DNA of 64,000 nt from Microcystaceae cyanobacterium (GTDB lineage Bacteria; Cyanobacteriota; Cyanobacteriia; Cyanobacteriales; Microcystaceae): NCBI GenBank assembly GCA_041746575.1, contig JBGTGT010000085.1, positions 1-64,000 of the forward strand, given 5' to 3'. Within the stretch, counting starts at the first letter, position 1; every line of letters starts with the position of its first letter. The notes beneath the pieces were generated by a model, which worked only from the letters and a program-made list of their open reading frames with translations, was not told the DNA's origin and searched no databases. Positions 1 through 11,165 of the stretch are shown in pieces. A program made the position numbers and the translations under genes.

Positions 1-210
1 TCTCCCAGTGATAACTTAAAATCTTTACAAGAAAAAATGCAAGAATATATAGAGAATGGCACAAAATTAGGCTGGTTAATTAATCGCCAAGATAGACAAG
101 TGGAAATTTATCGCCAAGGGAAAGCCGTAGAAATCTTAAATCATCCTCAAACCTTATCAGGAGAAGATGTTTTACTCAAGTTTGTTTTAAATCTAGAATT
201 AATTTGGTAA
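1..210 (+). CDS. Uma2 (DUF820) family endonuclease, 3' part (runs off window start)
   Basis: Manual frame-1 translation: SPSDNLKSLQEKMQEYIENGTKLGWLINRQDRQVEIYRQG...LSGEDVL...LIW*, the typical Uma2 C-terminus. Not in ORF track. Confidence 0.85.
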   Translation, partial: SPSDNLKSLQEKMQEYIENGTKLGWLINRQDRQVEIYRQGKAVEILNHPQTLSGEDVLLKFVLNLELIW

Positions 211-421
211 AATTATTAAAAATTAAATAAGGCACATTACACCCAAATGTATCCTCAAACAAAGAGCGATCGCCCTCTTTTCCCCCAAGAGGATAAATGG
301 TTTAAATTACGCAAACAATTAGATGCTCAAAGCTATCCAAGTTTAACAATACTCGGAATGAATAGAAGTCAATTGAGACAGAAAATAAACGTTGGTTATA
401 GAGGCGCAAGGTTAACGTCTA

Positions 422-2203
422 TTAGTTCGGTGAACCCGATTTTTTCCAGTCTTTAATATTCCAAGTATTGCGATCCCAAGGTGTTAGTTGAAATCCCTGC
501 AATTGATTACTAATCGCCACGACATCTGCGCGATGAACTAAGGGAATAATCACCACATCCTTAATTAACATATCATTCATTTGAATCGCTAATGCTTGGC
601 GTTTTTGGGGTTCTAATTCCGTAGAAAACTGTTGCCACAGCTTATCATATTCGGGATTACAATAACGGGCATAATTATCTCCTGACCAATTGTTCGATTT
701 TTGGGGAATGCTGTCACAGGTATAGGTTTGTAAATAAATGCCTGGATCGGGATTGGTATTGCCTGTTGTGAACATCTGCATATCTGCATAAAACTTTTCC
801 ACTGTATCATCATTAGCCGGATCGCTGGCAAAGAAAACACTTGGATCGATACTTTTTAATTCTACCTCAATACCTATGGATTGTAATCCTTGCTTGACAA
901 TTTCTTGCGTTTTCTGACGTAACGGATTGATAGAGGTTTGAAAAAGCACTTTCATTTCAACTCCATTCTTATCTCGAATGCCATTATTATTCGTATCTTT
1001 CCAACCCGCTTGATCAAGAAGCTGAGCGGCTTTTTCTAAGTTGAATTCATAACGAGTATTCGGGGAAACATATTGTTCTGGTAAGACAATAAAATTAGAA
1101 GTTGCTTGACCAGTAATTCCGTAAAGTTGAGTCGCAATCGTTTCTCGATCAATGGCTAAAGTAAATGCTTTTTTAACTTGAGGATCACCAAAAAAAGGAT
1201 GGGGAAATTCAAGACTAGATCGTTGTTTATTTTCATCTATCTTATTGGGATCAGATTGATTGATAATAATTCGTTCTGTCAGTGAGCCAAAGGCTGATAC
1301 CACCTTGCCTTCATTTCCTTGTTCTAGCTCTTTTAAGACAGAAGATTCAATTTGTAAATTGTAGGCATAATCCGCATTTCCTGTTTGTAAAACGGCTCTT
1401 GCGGCTGAAGTTGCATCTCCTCCTCCTTTTAATTCAATGCGCTTAAAACCTAAATTATTTAGTTCTCGAAAATAAGGGTTTTGTTCATAGACAACGACAT
1501 CCCCCGGTTTAAATTCTACGACTTGATAAGGACCCGTGCCAACGGGTTTTAAATTAGCAGAGGCTTGCCTTGCTTTTTCCCCCACATAAGCTTGATAAAT
1601 ATGTTCAGGTAAGATCATTCCTTCGCTACCGACAAATACTAAAAACCAAGCCGGATTTACGTCTTTAAAATAAACTTTAACAGTATAATCATCAAGGGCT
1701 TCAACTTTCTCTACAATTTCGTACGTTCCCCCACTGGTTGATCCCGTTTTCGGATTACTAATAAATCCATAGGTAAACATCACATCTTTAGCTGTAAAAG
1801 GAGTTCCATCTGACCATTTAATATTTTTTTTCAATGTCCAAGTTACTGATTTTCCATCTTTAGCAATCCCTCCATTTTCAACAGTAGGAATAGCCGCCGC
1901 TAAAAAGGGAATTAATGTTCCTTTTTCATCGAAAGAGGCCAAGGGTTCAAGGGTAATGCGACTTGCTTCTGCATCTTTAAATCCGGTTGAAAGATGGGGA
2001 TTAAGAATAGTCGGGGCTTGCCAATAAAGGAGTTTCAAAGTATCTTTATTTTGGGAAGTTGAAGACCCGTTTTGAGACGATTGAGGATTACAACTGGTAA
2101 TGAAGAAGGATGAGCAGAAGATGATTATGCCCAAAGCAATAGACGAACGACAAAAAACTAAAAATTTTCCCATTTTTGCTGATAAATTCATCAATAAAGG
2201 CAT
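422..2203 (-). CDS. Peptide ABC transporter substrate-binding lipoprotein (family 5, DppA/OppA-like)
   Basis: Lipobox-like ITSC, WSDGTPFTAKDV and PVGTGPY motifs; the true start may be a later Met. Confidence 0.9.
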   Translation of the reverse strand: MPLLMNLSAKMGKFLVFCRSSIALGIIIFCSSFFITSCNPQSSQNGSSTSQNKDTLKLLYWQAPTILNPHLSTGFKDAEASRITLEPLASFDEKGTLIPFLAAAIPTVENGGIAKDGKSVTWTLKKNIKWSDGTPFTAKDVMFTYGFISNPKTGSTSGGTYEIVEKVEALDDYTVKVYFKDVNPAWFLVFVGSEGMILPEHIYQAYVGEKARQASANLKPVGTGPYQVVEFKPGDVVVYEQNPYFRELNNLGFKRIELKGGGDATSAARAVLQTGNADYAYNLQIESSVLKELEQGNEGKVVSAFGSLTERIIINQSDPNKIDENKQRSSLEFPHPFFGDPQVKKAFTLAIDRETIATQLYGITGQATSNFIVLPEQYVSPNTRYEFNLEKAAQLLDQAGWKDTNNNGIRDKNGVEMKVLFQTSINPLRQKTQEIVKQGLQSIGIEVELKSIDPSVFFASDPANDDTVEKFYADMQMFTTGNTNPDPGIYLQTYTCDSIPQKSNNWSGDNYARYCNPEYDKLWQQFSTELEPQKRQALAIQMNDMLIKDVVIIPLVHRADVVAISNQLQGFQLTPWDRNTWNIKDWKKSGSPN

Positions 2204-2234
2204 TGGCTGTTATTGTAACCCAAATTGACGAAAT

Positions 2235-2250
2235 TGTATTATTCTTTACA
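2235..2250. promoter_or_regulatory. Candidate NtcA box (TGTA-N8-TACA)
   Basis: TGTATTATTCTTTACA in the short divergent intergenic region, overlapping TTGACG-N16-TACAAT. Confidence 0.45.
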
Positions 2251-2284
2251 ATAAAATCAGCTATTTTTTAAGGGAGATAAATGA

Positions 2285-2758
2285 ATGATTCCTGCTTGGT
2301 TAGTGATTGGGGGTGTGGCCATTGGGGTGGCTTTATTATTTAGTCGCCTCACGTCAAGGGAGATCAGTTGGTTTAATCGGTTGCGTCGCCCTTCTTGGTT
2401 GACCTTTGAGCCTTTAATTCCTTTTATTTGGACAATTATCTTTATTTGTGGTGCATGGTCAGCTTATATCGTCTGGCAACAACAACCCAATCGTCCTCAA
2501 ACGTGGGGATTCATGGCAGGATACCTATTGCTAGAAATTGCCATTGTTGCTTATACGCCTGTGATGTGTAAATTACAAAGTTTACGAGCAGGAACAATTA
2601 TTGGAGCAACAGGCTTTTTTATTGGCTTAATTTTAACAATTTTAGTTTCTTCAGTCGCAAAACAAGCGGTTTGGCTATTACTGCCTTTTCTATTCTGGAG
2701 TCCGATCGGAACTTATGTAACATGGGTGATGATGCAACTAAATCCAGCAGAGAGCTAA
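2285..2758 (+). CDS. tspO: TspO/MBR family tryptophan-rich sensory protein
   Basis: WFNRLRRPSW motif, about 5 TM helices, LLPFLFW near the C-terminus. Confidence 0.85.
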   Translation: MIPAWLVIGGVAIGVALLFSRLTSREISWFNRLRRPSWLTFEPLIPFIWTIIFICGAWSAYIVWQQQPNRPQTWGFMAGYLLLEIAIVAYTPVMCKLQSLRAGTIIGATGFFIGLILTILVSSVAKQAVWLLLPFLFWSPIGTYVTWVMMQLNPAES

Positions 2759-2837
2759 AATGAATAAATTTGCTTAAAATTTACAGTATTTTTCTGTTTT
2801 CTTGTAGTTATTCAGATTTGACGACCGATTATTGACC

Positions 2838-3602
2838 ATGATAAAGTCTATTTGGCTAATTGGTGGAACAAGCGAAAGTCGAGAAATTACTCAAATCCTT
2901 CTCCGGTTGAGCTATACTTGTATTGTGACGGTAACAACTCCTGAAGCTCAATTTCTCTATCCCCCTCATCCCGACTTAACCGTGATCATTGGTCGTCTCA
3001 AGGGACAAGCCTTAACCGATTTTATCCCTAAATACGCCATTTGCGGCATTATTGACGCATCCCATCCCTATGCGGTGACGATTTCTCAACAAGCAATACA
3101 ACTAGCGAATCGTTATCAGATTCCTTATTTGCGTTACGAAAGACCTGAAAATTCTCAAGGTAATAGCATTATTGTCAAGAGTTTTGATGCCTTATTTTCG
3201 ACGTCTTATTTACTGGGAAAACGGGTATTATTAACGGTGGGATATCAATCTTTATCTTTATTTGAATCTTGGCACTCTAAAGCCACATTGTATGCTCGAA
3301 TTTTGCCCAAACTCGAATCATTAAAAGGTGCATTAGCGGCCGGTTTTTCCCCTGAACGATTAATCGCTTTTCGTCCTCCGCTTAATCTTGAAATGGAACG
3401 TGCTTTATGGAAGCATTGGCAAATCGAATGTGTTGTTTCTAAAGCCTCTGGTAAAGTCGGTGGCGAAACCCTTAAACAACAAGTGGCTAATCTCTTAAAT
3501 ATTCCCTTGATTATTATAGATCGTCCTATTTTAAACTATCCTCAACAAACCAATAATTTAGAGGATATTATTTTATTTTGTCAGCAACTTGAGTTAATCT
3601 GA
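2838..3602 (+). CDS. cobK: Cobalt-precorrin-6A/precorrin-6x reductase
   Basis: IGGTSE, IIDASHPYA, YLRYERP and SKASG motifs (CbiJ/CobK). Confidence 0.9.
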   Translation: MIKSIWLIGGTSESREITQILLRLSYTCIVTVTTPEAQFLYPPHPDLTVIIGRLKGQALTDFIPKYAICGIIDASHPYAVTISQQAIQLANRYQIPYLRYERPENSQGNSIIVKSFDALFSTSYLLGKRVLLTVGYQSLSLFESWHSKATLYARILPKLESLKGALAAGFSPERLIAFRPPLNLEMERALWKHWQIECVVSKASGKVGGETLKQQVANLLNIPLIIIDRPILNYPQQTNNLEDIILFCQQLELI

Positions 3603-3652
3603 ATAAGAAAAAAAAGTGATTTAAATTATTAATTTTAATTCCATTTTAAAGC

Positions 3653-5062
3653 TTAGCGTTCATCATTCAAATTAACCATTTCCCTTTGCCAATCTTGTCC
3701 AACTTTGATGGTAATATCAGAGGCGAGATTTCCTGTACTTTCTACTAAAATTTCCCCCACATTTAAGTTAGCACGAACAGCTGATGCCCCCACATCATCT
3801 CCTTTCTGGGCGATAATTTCCGTGGTTTTCAGGGGTTCTGGCCAATCATTACTGATATAAACATGATGATAGCCTTGCTTTTTCAAATAGCGAACCATCG
3901 TTCTGGCCGCTTCAGGATCTTCTGTGCTATCTTGAATCGCAATACTTAATTGAGTGGGATCAATCATCGTATAAGTAGAAGCATCTGCATAACCTTGCTC
4001 AAAATATTGCGCCACCATCGTGGTAATTTTTTTAGCAGAGGGCAACCAATAACTATAATTTCCTTCCCCTTCACCAAAAGTACCGGGTAACATTAACATT
4101 TGTACATTTTCCCGCTTCGTTTGACCGGCAAATCCCCCAAGGGCTAGTAATTCTTCAACCGTCAAATTCGTATCAATATGAGATTGAATAACAGCCATAA
4201 TATCGGGTGTTTTTAGTAAGGTTTGCGGTTTTAATGCCTGTTCAACAATTGCCCTCATTAACAGTTGTTGTCGTTGTACTCTGCCAATGTCCCCGAATTC
4301 ATCATGACGAAAACGTAAAAACTGAACCGCTTGATCGCCGTTGAGATGTTGTTTTCCTTTTTTAAGATTAATATATAAATGTTGACTATGATCGGTATAT
4401 TTCATATCTTTAGGAACGTAAACGCTAACCCCTCCTAAAGCATCAATTAACTTTTCGACCCCTTGCACATTAATTCTAATATAACGATCAATTGGAACAC
4501 CATCGAGTAAATCGCTAACGGATTCTGCGGTTAAAGCTGGCCCCCCTAAATAATTCGCTTCGTTAATTTTTCGCAACCCATGGTCGGGAATAATCGCTTT
4601 AGTGTCGCGCGGAATAGATAAGACCGCCATCTGCTTTTCTGCGGGATTAAAACGCACCAATAATAAAGTGTCCGCTAACCCTTCTACAGAATTAATTAGT
4701 GCATGATACCCCAACTCTTTTTGAGGAATATCAGCAACATCTGAAGTCAGGACTTTAGTCCCTAATACAAGGATATTGACAGGACGACTTAATTCAGGAA
4801 GGCGTAGGTTTTTGTAGGTAATAGCTTCGTCTTGGTTAAAAACAGCTTCTTCGGCGGTGGTAAGTTTGGACTGACGCAGAGGAGTTGTGGATAAGGATAC
4901 AGCGATAAATGCCCCTGCCGTGGCAGAGATCAAGGCAACCGCTCCTAAACCCGTCCCTAAAAGCAATCCTTTCTTAAATCCACTGTTTTGTGACCTTTTT
5001 TTCAATTTAGAATGGGATGTTGCATGGGAGGGAGATTTTGCATAAAATCGATCAGTTGACAC
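3653..5062 (-). CDS. LCP (LytR-CpsA-Psr) family protein with LytR_C domain
   Basis: TM anchor, DTLLL, SIPRDT, FLRFRHD and DIGRVQRQQ motifs. Confidence 0.92.
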   Translation of the reverse strand: MSTDRFYAKSPSHATSHSKLKKRSQNSGFKKGLLLGTGLGAVALISATAGAFIAVSLSTTPLRQSKLTTAEEAVFNQDEAITYKNLRLPELSRPVNILVLGTKVLTSDVADIPQKELGYHALINSVEGLADTLLLVRFNPAEKQMAVLSIPRDTKAIIPDHGLRKINEANYLGGPALTAESVSDLLDGVPIDRYIRINVQGVEKLIDALGGVSVYVPKDMKYTDHSQHLYINLKKGKQHLNGDQAVQFLRFRHDEFGDIGRVQRQQLLMRAIVEQALKPQTLLKTPDIMAVIQSHIDTNLTVEELLALGGFAGQTKRENVQMLMLPGTFGEGEGNYSYWLPSAKKITTMVAQYFEQGYADASTYTMIDPTQLSIAIQDSTEDPEAARTMVRYLKKQGYHHVYISNDWPEPLKTTEIIAQKGDDVGASAVRANLNVGEILVESTGNLASDITIKVGQDWQREMVNLNDER

Positions 5063-5406
5063 GGAATTGCCTCACACCTTGTAATAGAGAGCTTGTACGG
5101 AAACCAGAACGAAATAAATCTTAATGAGGAATCATACCATGATTTTCCTAGTCTTAGCAGGTTTTCTTAGACAAAGCAACGTTAGTTCTAAAGCGACGAC
5201 GGGCAGTTTTGCTGTTTAATGACGACAACTTCCCCCTAAAAGTTCTTATCGCCCTCATTGTAGCTTAATCTGTTCTGAATTTAGAGATTAACTCTCTAAA
5301 GAAAGATTAACCCTACTTTATCATTCATAAAAAGGCAATGTGTTAGATAGCTGACTCGCCTCAAAAACGCTATAAAATAACTGAATGAGTGAGGATTAAT
5401 CCCGTT

Positions 5407-6570
5407 ATGAACCCCTATCAATGGATTGATAAATCCCTACAAACGATTCACAAAGCCCATTGGTATCGCTCGGTTAAAGCCATTAGCGGGCATTCTAGCG
5501 CAGAAATTAAGATAAATGGTCAATCTCTAATAAACTTTGCAAGTAATGACTATTTGGGACTGACAGGCGATTTTAGACTGATTGAATCGGCGATTTCTGC
5601 CGTAAAAATTTATGGCACAGGCAGTACCGGTTCTCGCTTACTCAGTGGTCATCGACAAATTCATCGAGACTTAGAAAAAGCGATCGCTCATTTGAAACAG
5701 ACCGAAGATGCTATCGTTTTTAGTTCAGGCTATTTGGCTAATTTGGGCACAATTGCGGCTATTGTTAGCCCTAAAGATTTAATTCTCGAAGATCAGTATA
5801 ATCACGCTAGTCTAAAAAACGGAGCCAAGTTAAGTGGAGCAATACGAATCGAATACAATCACAATAATATTAAAGATTTGCAACAGAAATTAGAAAAGCA
5901 CCGCCCCTCTTACCGTCGTTGCCTTATTCTAAGCGATAGTGTCTTTAGTATGGATGGCGATATTTGTCATTTACCGGACTTGCTGGCTCTCGCTGAACAG
6001 ACTGATTCTATGTTATTGATCGATGACGCTCACGGAACAGGGGTCATGGGGAAAACGGGCGCAGGGTGCGGGGAGTATTGGGGCGTTTTAGGGAAAGAAT
6101 TTATCACAATGGGAACATTCAGTAAAGCGTTAGGAAGTTTGGGGGGATATGTGGCCGGTTCAGCTAAATTAATTGATTTTCTCCGAAATCGTGCTTCAAC
6201 ATGGATTTACACGACGGGATTATCTCCAGCCGATGCGGCGGCGGCAAAGATGGCTATTGAGATTGTGCAGGATGAACCCCAACGCCGTCGAAAATTGTGG
6301 CAAAACATTGCCTATTTACAAGAAAGTTTAACAGATTTTCCCCTAATTCCTTCCCAAAGCCCTATTTTGTGCTTAAAAGTAGATTCCCCTCTAGAAGCTT
6401 TAAATTTTGCCCAAAAATTACAAGAAAAAGGCATATTTGCCCCTGCTATCCGTCCGCCGACGGTTCCCACCAGCCGAATTCGTTTTTCAGTTATGGCAAC
6501 CCATACTGCAGAACACTTACAACAATTAGTCACGATTCTTAGGGATAAATTATCTCTAACCTGTTATTAA
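5407..6570 (+). CDS. bioF: 8-amino-7-oxononanoate synthase
   Basis: [28 protein letters not shown] (PLP Lys) and IRPPTVP motifs. Confidence 0.93.
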   Translation: MNPYQWIDKSLQTIHKAHWYRSVKAISGHSSAEIKINGQSLINFASNDYLGLTGDFRLIESAISAVKIYGTGSTGSRLLSGHRQIHRDLEKAIAHLKQTEDAIVFSSGYLANLGTIAAIVSPKDLILEDQYNHASLKNGAKLSGAIRIEYNHNNIKDLQQKLEKHRPSYRRCLILSDSVFSMDGDICHLPDLLALAEQTDSMLLIDDAHGTGVMGKTGAGCGEYWGVLGKEFITMGTFSKALGSLGGYVAGSAKLIDFLRNRASTWIYTTGLSPADAAAAKMAIEIVQDEPQRRRKLWQNIAYLQESLTDFPLIPSQSPILCLKVDSPLEALNFAQKLQEKGIFAPAIRPPTVPTSRIRFSVMATHTAEHLQQLVTILRDKLSLTCY

Positions 6571-6617
6571 CAAGCAACTTTTTCTTTAAATTAATAACAG
6601 ATCACTGTTTACTATTA

Positions 6618-9392
6618 ATGCTTTGTCTCAATTGTCATACTGATGAATTGTCCTTAGACGTTGAAACTTGTCCTCAATGTGGAGTACATATTCCTTCGTT
6701 GTTGCGGGACATTTTGCCATCAAAAAAAACATTAAGACAAAACACTTATTGCTTAGATTATCCTCTAGGACGGGGTAGTTTTGGTATTACTTATTGCGCC
6801 CATCATTGCATTCTCAAAAATAAAGTCGCAATTAAAGAATTTTATCCTCAAGAGATAGTCATTCGCCATAGCCTGACCCAAGATATTGAACCGTTAGCGG
6901 AATATAAAGATGCGTATCAACGGGCATTACATCGTTTTTTACAAGAAGGACAAATTTTAGCAAAATTTAATCATCCCAATATTCTTAAAGTTCGGGATTG
7001 GTTTGCCGAAAAAAATACTGCCTACCTAGTCATGGATTTAATTGAAGGAAAACCCTTAAATATTATCCAAGATCATTATCCAAAACGACAGTTACCCTCC
7101 TCAAAGATTGAGCATTTTATCACTCAATTAGTGAACGCTTTAACCGCAATTCATCAAGCTAGCATTTACCATTTAGACCTCAAACCCGAAAATTTATTAA
7201 TTACCCCCCAACAACAACTCATTGTTATTGACTTTGGTGCCGCCAAACAAGCGATTCATGCCAAACATAGGGGAACGCGTTCTTATACTGAATCTTATGC
7301 GGCTCCAGAAATTATTATGGGGGGAGAAGTGGGGTCGGAAAGTGATCTTTTTGAAGTGGGTATGTTACTCTATGAACTCTTAACCGGATGCTTACCCCCT
7401 CCCGCTTTAAGTCGTTTTTTAGAAAACGAAACGTGGAATGCCAATCATTTATCCTCCCCTTGGAATTTCCTTCTCAATCAAGCCTTAGCGTTAAGAAGAG
7501 AAGAAAGACCCCACAATATTGGAATCTGGTGGCAAAGCCGCCATCAAATACCCGATTTTATCGCCAAAAAATCGCTAAAACCCCGAAATTATCCCCCGCT
7601 CTATTCTCTTTTACCCGACTTAAAACGAAACGGCATGAAGCAAAGATGGGGTCGAGGCTGGATTAAAGCGGTAATTCCCCTTAATGAAGACGAAGCCATT
7701 CTTTTAAGTGCGGGAGGGGTTACCCAGCTAAATTTACGCAAAAAACAAGTTCAATGGGAAATTGATTGTCCTGTAGAATGTGGTGCGATGAGTCCAGACC
7801 AACGGCTCTTAGCGGTTGTTTGGGAGCAACAGATTTATTTGTGGGATTTGGCCAATCGGCGTTTACTGCAACATTTAGCAGGACACCAAAAAGCGATAAA
7901 CCACGTTGCATTGAGTAGCCAAGGGCGATTAGTAGTCTCCGGCAGCCAAGATGAAACCCTGAGACTGTGGGACGGGTTTTCAGGACGAGAACAGCGATTA
8001 TTAGAAGAACCGACGGGGGAAGTCATCAGTGTGGCCGTTACTGCCGATGGACGCAAAGTCATTTCGGGAAGTCAGGATGGCACCATTCGGGTTTGGGACG
8101 GATTATCGGGTGAAGAGTTGTGGAAAGGTCACAGTCATCAAGGGGCGATCAACTGTCTATGCCTGAGCTTTGATGAGCAGTGGTTAGCTTCGGGGGGAAG
8201 AGATGGATTAATTGGTCTATGGGATCTAAAAACGGGAGATTTACTTCATGTTTTACGCTATCATCAGTCATGGATCAGTGCAGTGGCCTTCAGCCTAGAT
8301 AATGGACTCTTAGCGTCGGCCTCCCGTTTAGCGGATACGGCTATTTGCATTTGGGAAGTTGAAACCGGAAAATTAAAACAAATCCTCGAAGGTCATTGGA
8401 ATTCATTAACCAGTGTGGCTTTTTGTCCTGAAAGTCGTTTCTTGCTTTCCAGTAGTTACGATTACACCCTTAGACTCTGGAATTTAGAAATTGGTCAGCA
8501 GGTTTATCAATGTCATATTGGCACGAATTGGGTGTATAGTGTCGCGATCAGTGAAGATGGTTGTCATATTGCGACAGGAAATAACGACAAAACCATTAAA
8601 TTATGGCATAGAGAGCAAACAGAATTGATCAAAACCCTCTATGGTCACGAAGATGCCGTTTCTACTGTGGAATTTAACCCCGATGGTCGCTTTATCGCTT
8701 CAGGTAGCTGGGACGGAACCGTTCGACTTTGGGAACGAGAAACAGGAGAAATGGTTCGCTTATGGCAAGGCCATCAAAATTGGGTGACTCAAGTGGCTTT
8801 TAGTCCCGATGGCAGGATGATAGGGTCAATTAGTTGGGATGCAACAGTTAAACTATGGGAAATTTCCGTAAATCGCTTAAACACAACCATGAATAAACCC
8901 TTGCGTACTCTAAAGGGTCACCCAGACGAGGTTGAAACCCTTGCGTTTAGTCCCGACGGTCATCTCTTAGCAACGGGAGGACACGACAAAATTCTGCGTC
9001 TATGGGAGGTGTCTTCCGGTCAAGAATTACGTCAATTGAAAGGGCATCATCGTTCAATTAAAAGCCTGACTTTTAGTCCAGACGGACAGTTCCTTTTATC
9101 CGGCAGTCGGGATAAAAGCCTGCGATTATGGCACGTTTTATCAGGTCAACAAATGCACATTTTTCGAGGTCATACCGAGGGGGTAACCACCGTCGCCTTT
9201 CATCCTGATGGACAATTATTGGTATCCGGCAGTCGGGATAAAACCCTACGTCTCTGGGATTTAATGTCGGGGGAAGTTATTAAAGTCATTCGCGGTCATA
9301 CCAGTTCGATTAATAATCTTGCTTTTACCATGGAGGGTTCTGGCTTAATTGTGGCTGATAATGATGGAATTGTGAGATTTTGGGCAATTTAA
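6618..9392 (+). CDS. Ser/Thr protein kinase with N-terminal zinc ribbon and C-terminal WD40 repeats
   Basis: CLNC...CPQCG; GRGSFG, VAIKE, HLDLKPEN, DFG, APE; more than 12 GH...WD/WE repeats. Confidence 0.92.
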   Translation: MLCLNCHTDELSLDVETCPQCGVHIPSLLRDILPSKKTLRQNTYCLDYPLGRGSFGITYCAHHCILKNKVAIKEFYPQEIVIRHSLTQDIEPLAEYKDAYQRALHRFLQEGQILAKFNHPNILKVRDWFAEKNTAYLVMDLIEGKPLNIIQDHYPKRQLPSSKIEHFITQLVNALTAIHQASIYHLDLKPENLLITPQQQLIVIDFGAAKQAIHAKHRGTRSYTESYAAPEIIMGGEVGSESDLFEVGMLLYELLTGCLPPPALSRFLENETWNANHLSSPWNFLLNQALALRREERPHNIGIWWQSRHQIPDFIAKKSLKPRNYPPLYSLLPDLKRNGMKQRWGRGWIKAVIPLNEDEAILLSAGGVTQLNLRKKQVQWEIDCPVECGAMSPDQRLLAVVWEQQIYLWDLANRRLLQHLAGHQKAINHVALSSQGRLVVSGSQDETLRLWDGFSGREQRLLEEPTGEVISVAVTADGRKVISGSQDGTIRVWDGLSGEELWKGHSHQGAINCLCLSFDEQWLASGGRDGLIGLWDLKTGDLLHVLRYHQSWISAVAFSLDNGLLASASRLADTAICIWEVETGKLKQILEGHWNSLTSVAFCPESRFLLSSSYDYTLRLWNLEIGQQVYQCHIGTNWVYSVAISEDGCHIATGNNDKTIKLWHREQTELIKTLYGHEDAVSTVEFNPDGRFIASGSWDGTVRLWERETGEMVRLWQGHQNWVTQVAFSPDGRMIGSISWDATVKLWEISVNRLNTTMNKPLRTLKGHPDEVETLAFSPDGHLLATGGHDKILRLWEVSSGQELRQLKGHHRSIKSLTFSPDGQFLLSGSRDKSLRLWHVLSGQQMHIFRGHTEGVTTVAFHPDGQLLVSGSRDKTLRLWDLMSGEVIKVIRGHTSSINNLAFTMEGSGLIVADNDGIVRFWAI

Positions 9393-9594
9393 CTGTTTAT
9401 TTCTTGAAATGAGCCTAAGTAAGTCAAAATTTTCAACTAATTAAGCTATTTTGACGATCTAATTCTTATTAATCCTTTTTACCTTTTAACTTCTCCCAGA
9501 AATCAGTGTAACAATGTAATAACAGGTTAATCGAGTTACTCTTTTTCTTTTTTAGAATAAAAAAGGTTCTTTTTTCCCACTCTATTGAAAAACC

Positions 9595-10059
9595 ATGTCT
9601 AAAATCGTTGCTGATGTCATGACCCCCAATCCAATCACTGTAACGCCTCAAACCCCTTTACAGGAAGCCATTAAAATTCTGGCGGCAAAACATATTAGTG
9701 GACTCCCTGTTGTTAACGAAGAAGGAAAATTAGTAGGTGTGATTTCAGAAACTGACTTAATGTGGAGAGAAACCGGTGTAGATGCCCCCCCGTACATTAT
9801 GTTTTTAGATAGTATTATTTATCTTGAAAATCCTGCTCGTTATGATAAAGAAATTCATAAAGCATTAGGACAAACCGTTAAAGAAGTCATGTCAGATAAA
9901 GCAATTAGCATTAAACCACAGCAAAAGCTCAAAGAAGCGGCTCATTTAATGCACGAAAAGAAAATTCGTCGTCTGCCTGTCGTTGATGCCGAAAATGGTC
10001 AAGTCATCGGCATTATTACCCAAGGGGATATTATTCGGACAATGGCTTTAGATAGTTAA
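9595..10059 (+). CDS. CBS domain pair protein
   Basis: Two CBS repeats (VADVMT...GLPVV...GVISETD; VKEVMS...RLPVV...GIITQGD). Confidence 0.9.
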   Translation: MSKIVADVMTPNPITVTPQTPLQEAIKILAAKHISGLPVVNEEGKLVGVISETDLMWRETGVDAPPYIMFLDSIIYLENPARYDKEIHKALGQTVKEVMSDKAISIKPQQKLKEAAHLMHEKKIRRLPVVDAENGQVIGIITQGDIIRTMALDS

Positions 10060-10382
10060 GCGTTAATCTTTACAGTAATATTATTGATCGCCTAAAAAAT
10101 TGTTTAATCTCAATAATTTTGCCAAATCTTTTTGTTAAATATTAGAGATTATTTTACTCTTAAATTTTTTTTCATATTAATATTAATACCGTGCCGCAAA
10201 ATTGCTTCACCCTCAAAGATTTGATCAATAAGGTCAAAAATCTTAAATTTAAACTTGAATAGCCAAAATTTAAGAGAATAACGCCACCTCCAACCTTGGT
10301 AAAAACGCTATTGCCCCGCGATTTCTTGTGAATCTAAAGCTAAAATAGAAAATAGCGGTCAATAAGTTGAATTAAGATTTCA

Positions 10383-11165
10383 ATGTCCTTTAAATTCCCT
10401 ACAATCCCTGCCCATTCCAATGATACGCTTGAAGATAGCATTTATCGTTCTGCGATCATTCGCTTAGAAAATATCTCCAAAGTTTACGGGAGCGCAAATA
10501 CCGAAGTTCGGGCATTATCCGACGTTAATTTAACCATTCAAGCCGGAGAATCCTGCGCCATTATGGGGGCATCAGGATCCGGAAAATCCACCTTAATGAA
10601 TATCATTGGTTGTTTAGATCGTCCCACCTTTGGACACTACTATCTTGATCGGGAGGATGTGGCCGGTTTGTCCACTACTGTACTAGCCAACGTCCGCAAC
10701 CAGAAAATTGGCTTCGTTTTTCAGCAATTCCATCTACTCGCTCAGATGAACGCCCTTGAAAATGTAATGTTGCCCATGGTTTACGCAGGAATTCCCTTTA
10801 ATGACCGCAAAGAACGGGCTATTATTGCATTAACTCAAGTGGGACTCGCTAATCGTCTTTATAACAAACCCAATCAACTCTCTGGCGGGCAACAGCAACG
10901 AGTGGCGATCGCGCGTGCCATTGTCAATCAGCCTGTCCTCCTTTTAGCAGACGAACCCACTGGGGCTTTAGACTCGCGGACAACAGAAGAAGTGATGGAT
11001 ATTTTCCAAAAATTAAACCAAGACGGAATCACCGTCATTATGGTCACCCACGAAGCCGAAGTAGCCCGCTTTTCTCAGCGTATCGTTTGGTTTAAAGATG
11101 GACAAGTGATTCAAGATCAACTCACCCCCGATCAACTGCCTGCCTTTATGGCAGACTACCACTGA
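10383..11165 (+). CDS. ABC transporter ATP-binding protein (LolD/MacB-like)
   Basis: GASGSGKST, LSGGQQQRVAIARA, LLADEPTGALD and VTHE motifs. Confidence 0.92.
   Translation: MSFKFPTIPAHSNDTLEDSIYRSAIIRLENISKVYGSANTEVRALSDVNLTIQAGESCAIMGASGSGKSTLMNIIGCLDRPTFGHYYLDREDVAGLSTTVLANVRNQKIGFVFQQFHLLAQMNALENVMLPMVYAGIPFNDRKERAIIALTQVGLANRLYNKPNQLSGGQQQRVAIARAIVNQPVLLLADEPTGALDSRTTEEVMDIFQKLNQDGITVIMVTHEAEVARFSQRIVWFKDGQVIQDQLTPDQLPAFMADYH

Noticed and set aside
247..456. 69-aa ORF after the Uma2 gene
   Set aside because: No recognisable motif and it overlaps the end of the convergent gene; may be spurious or debris.
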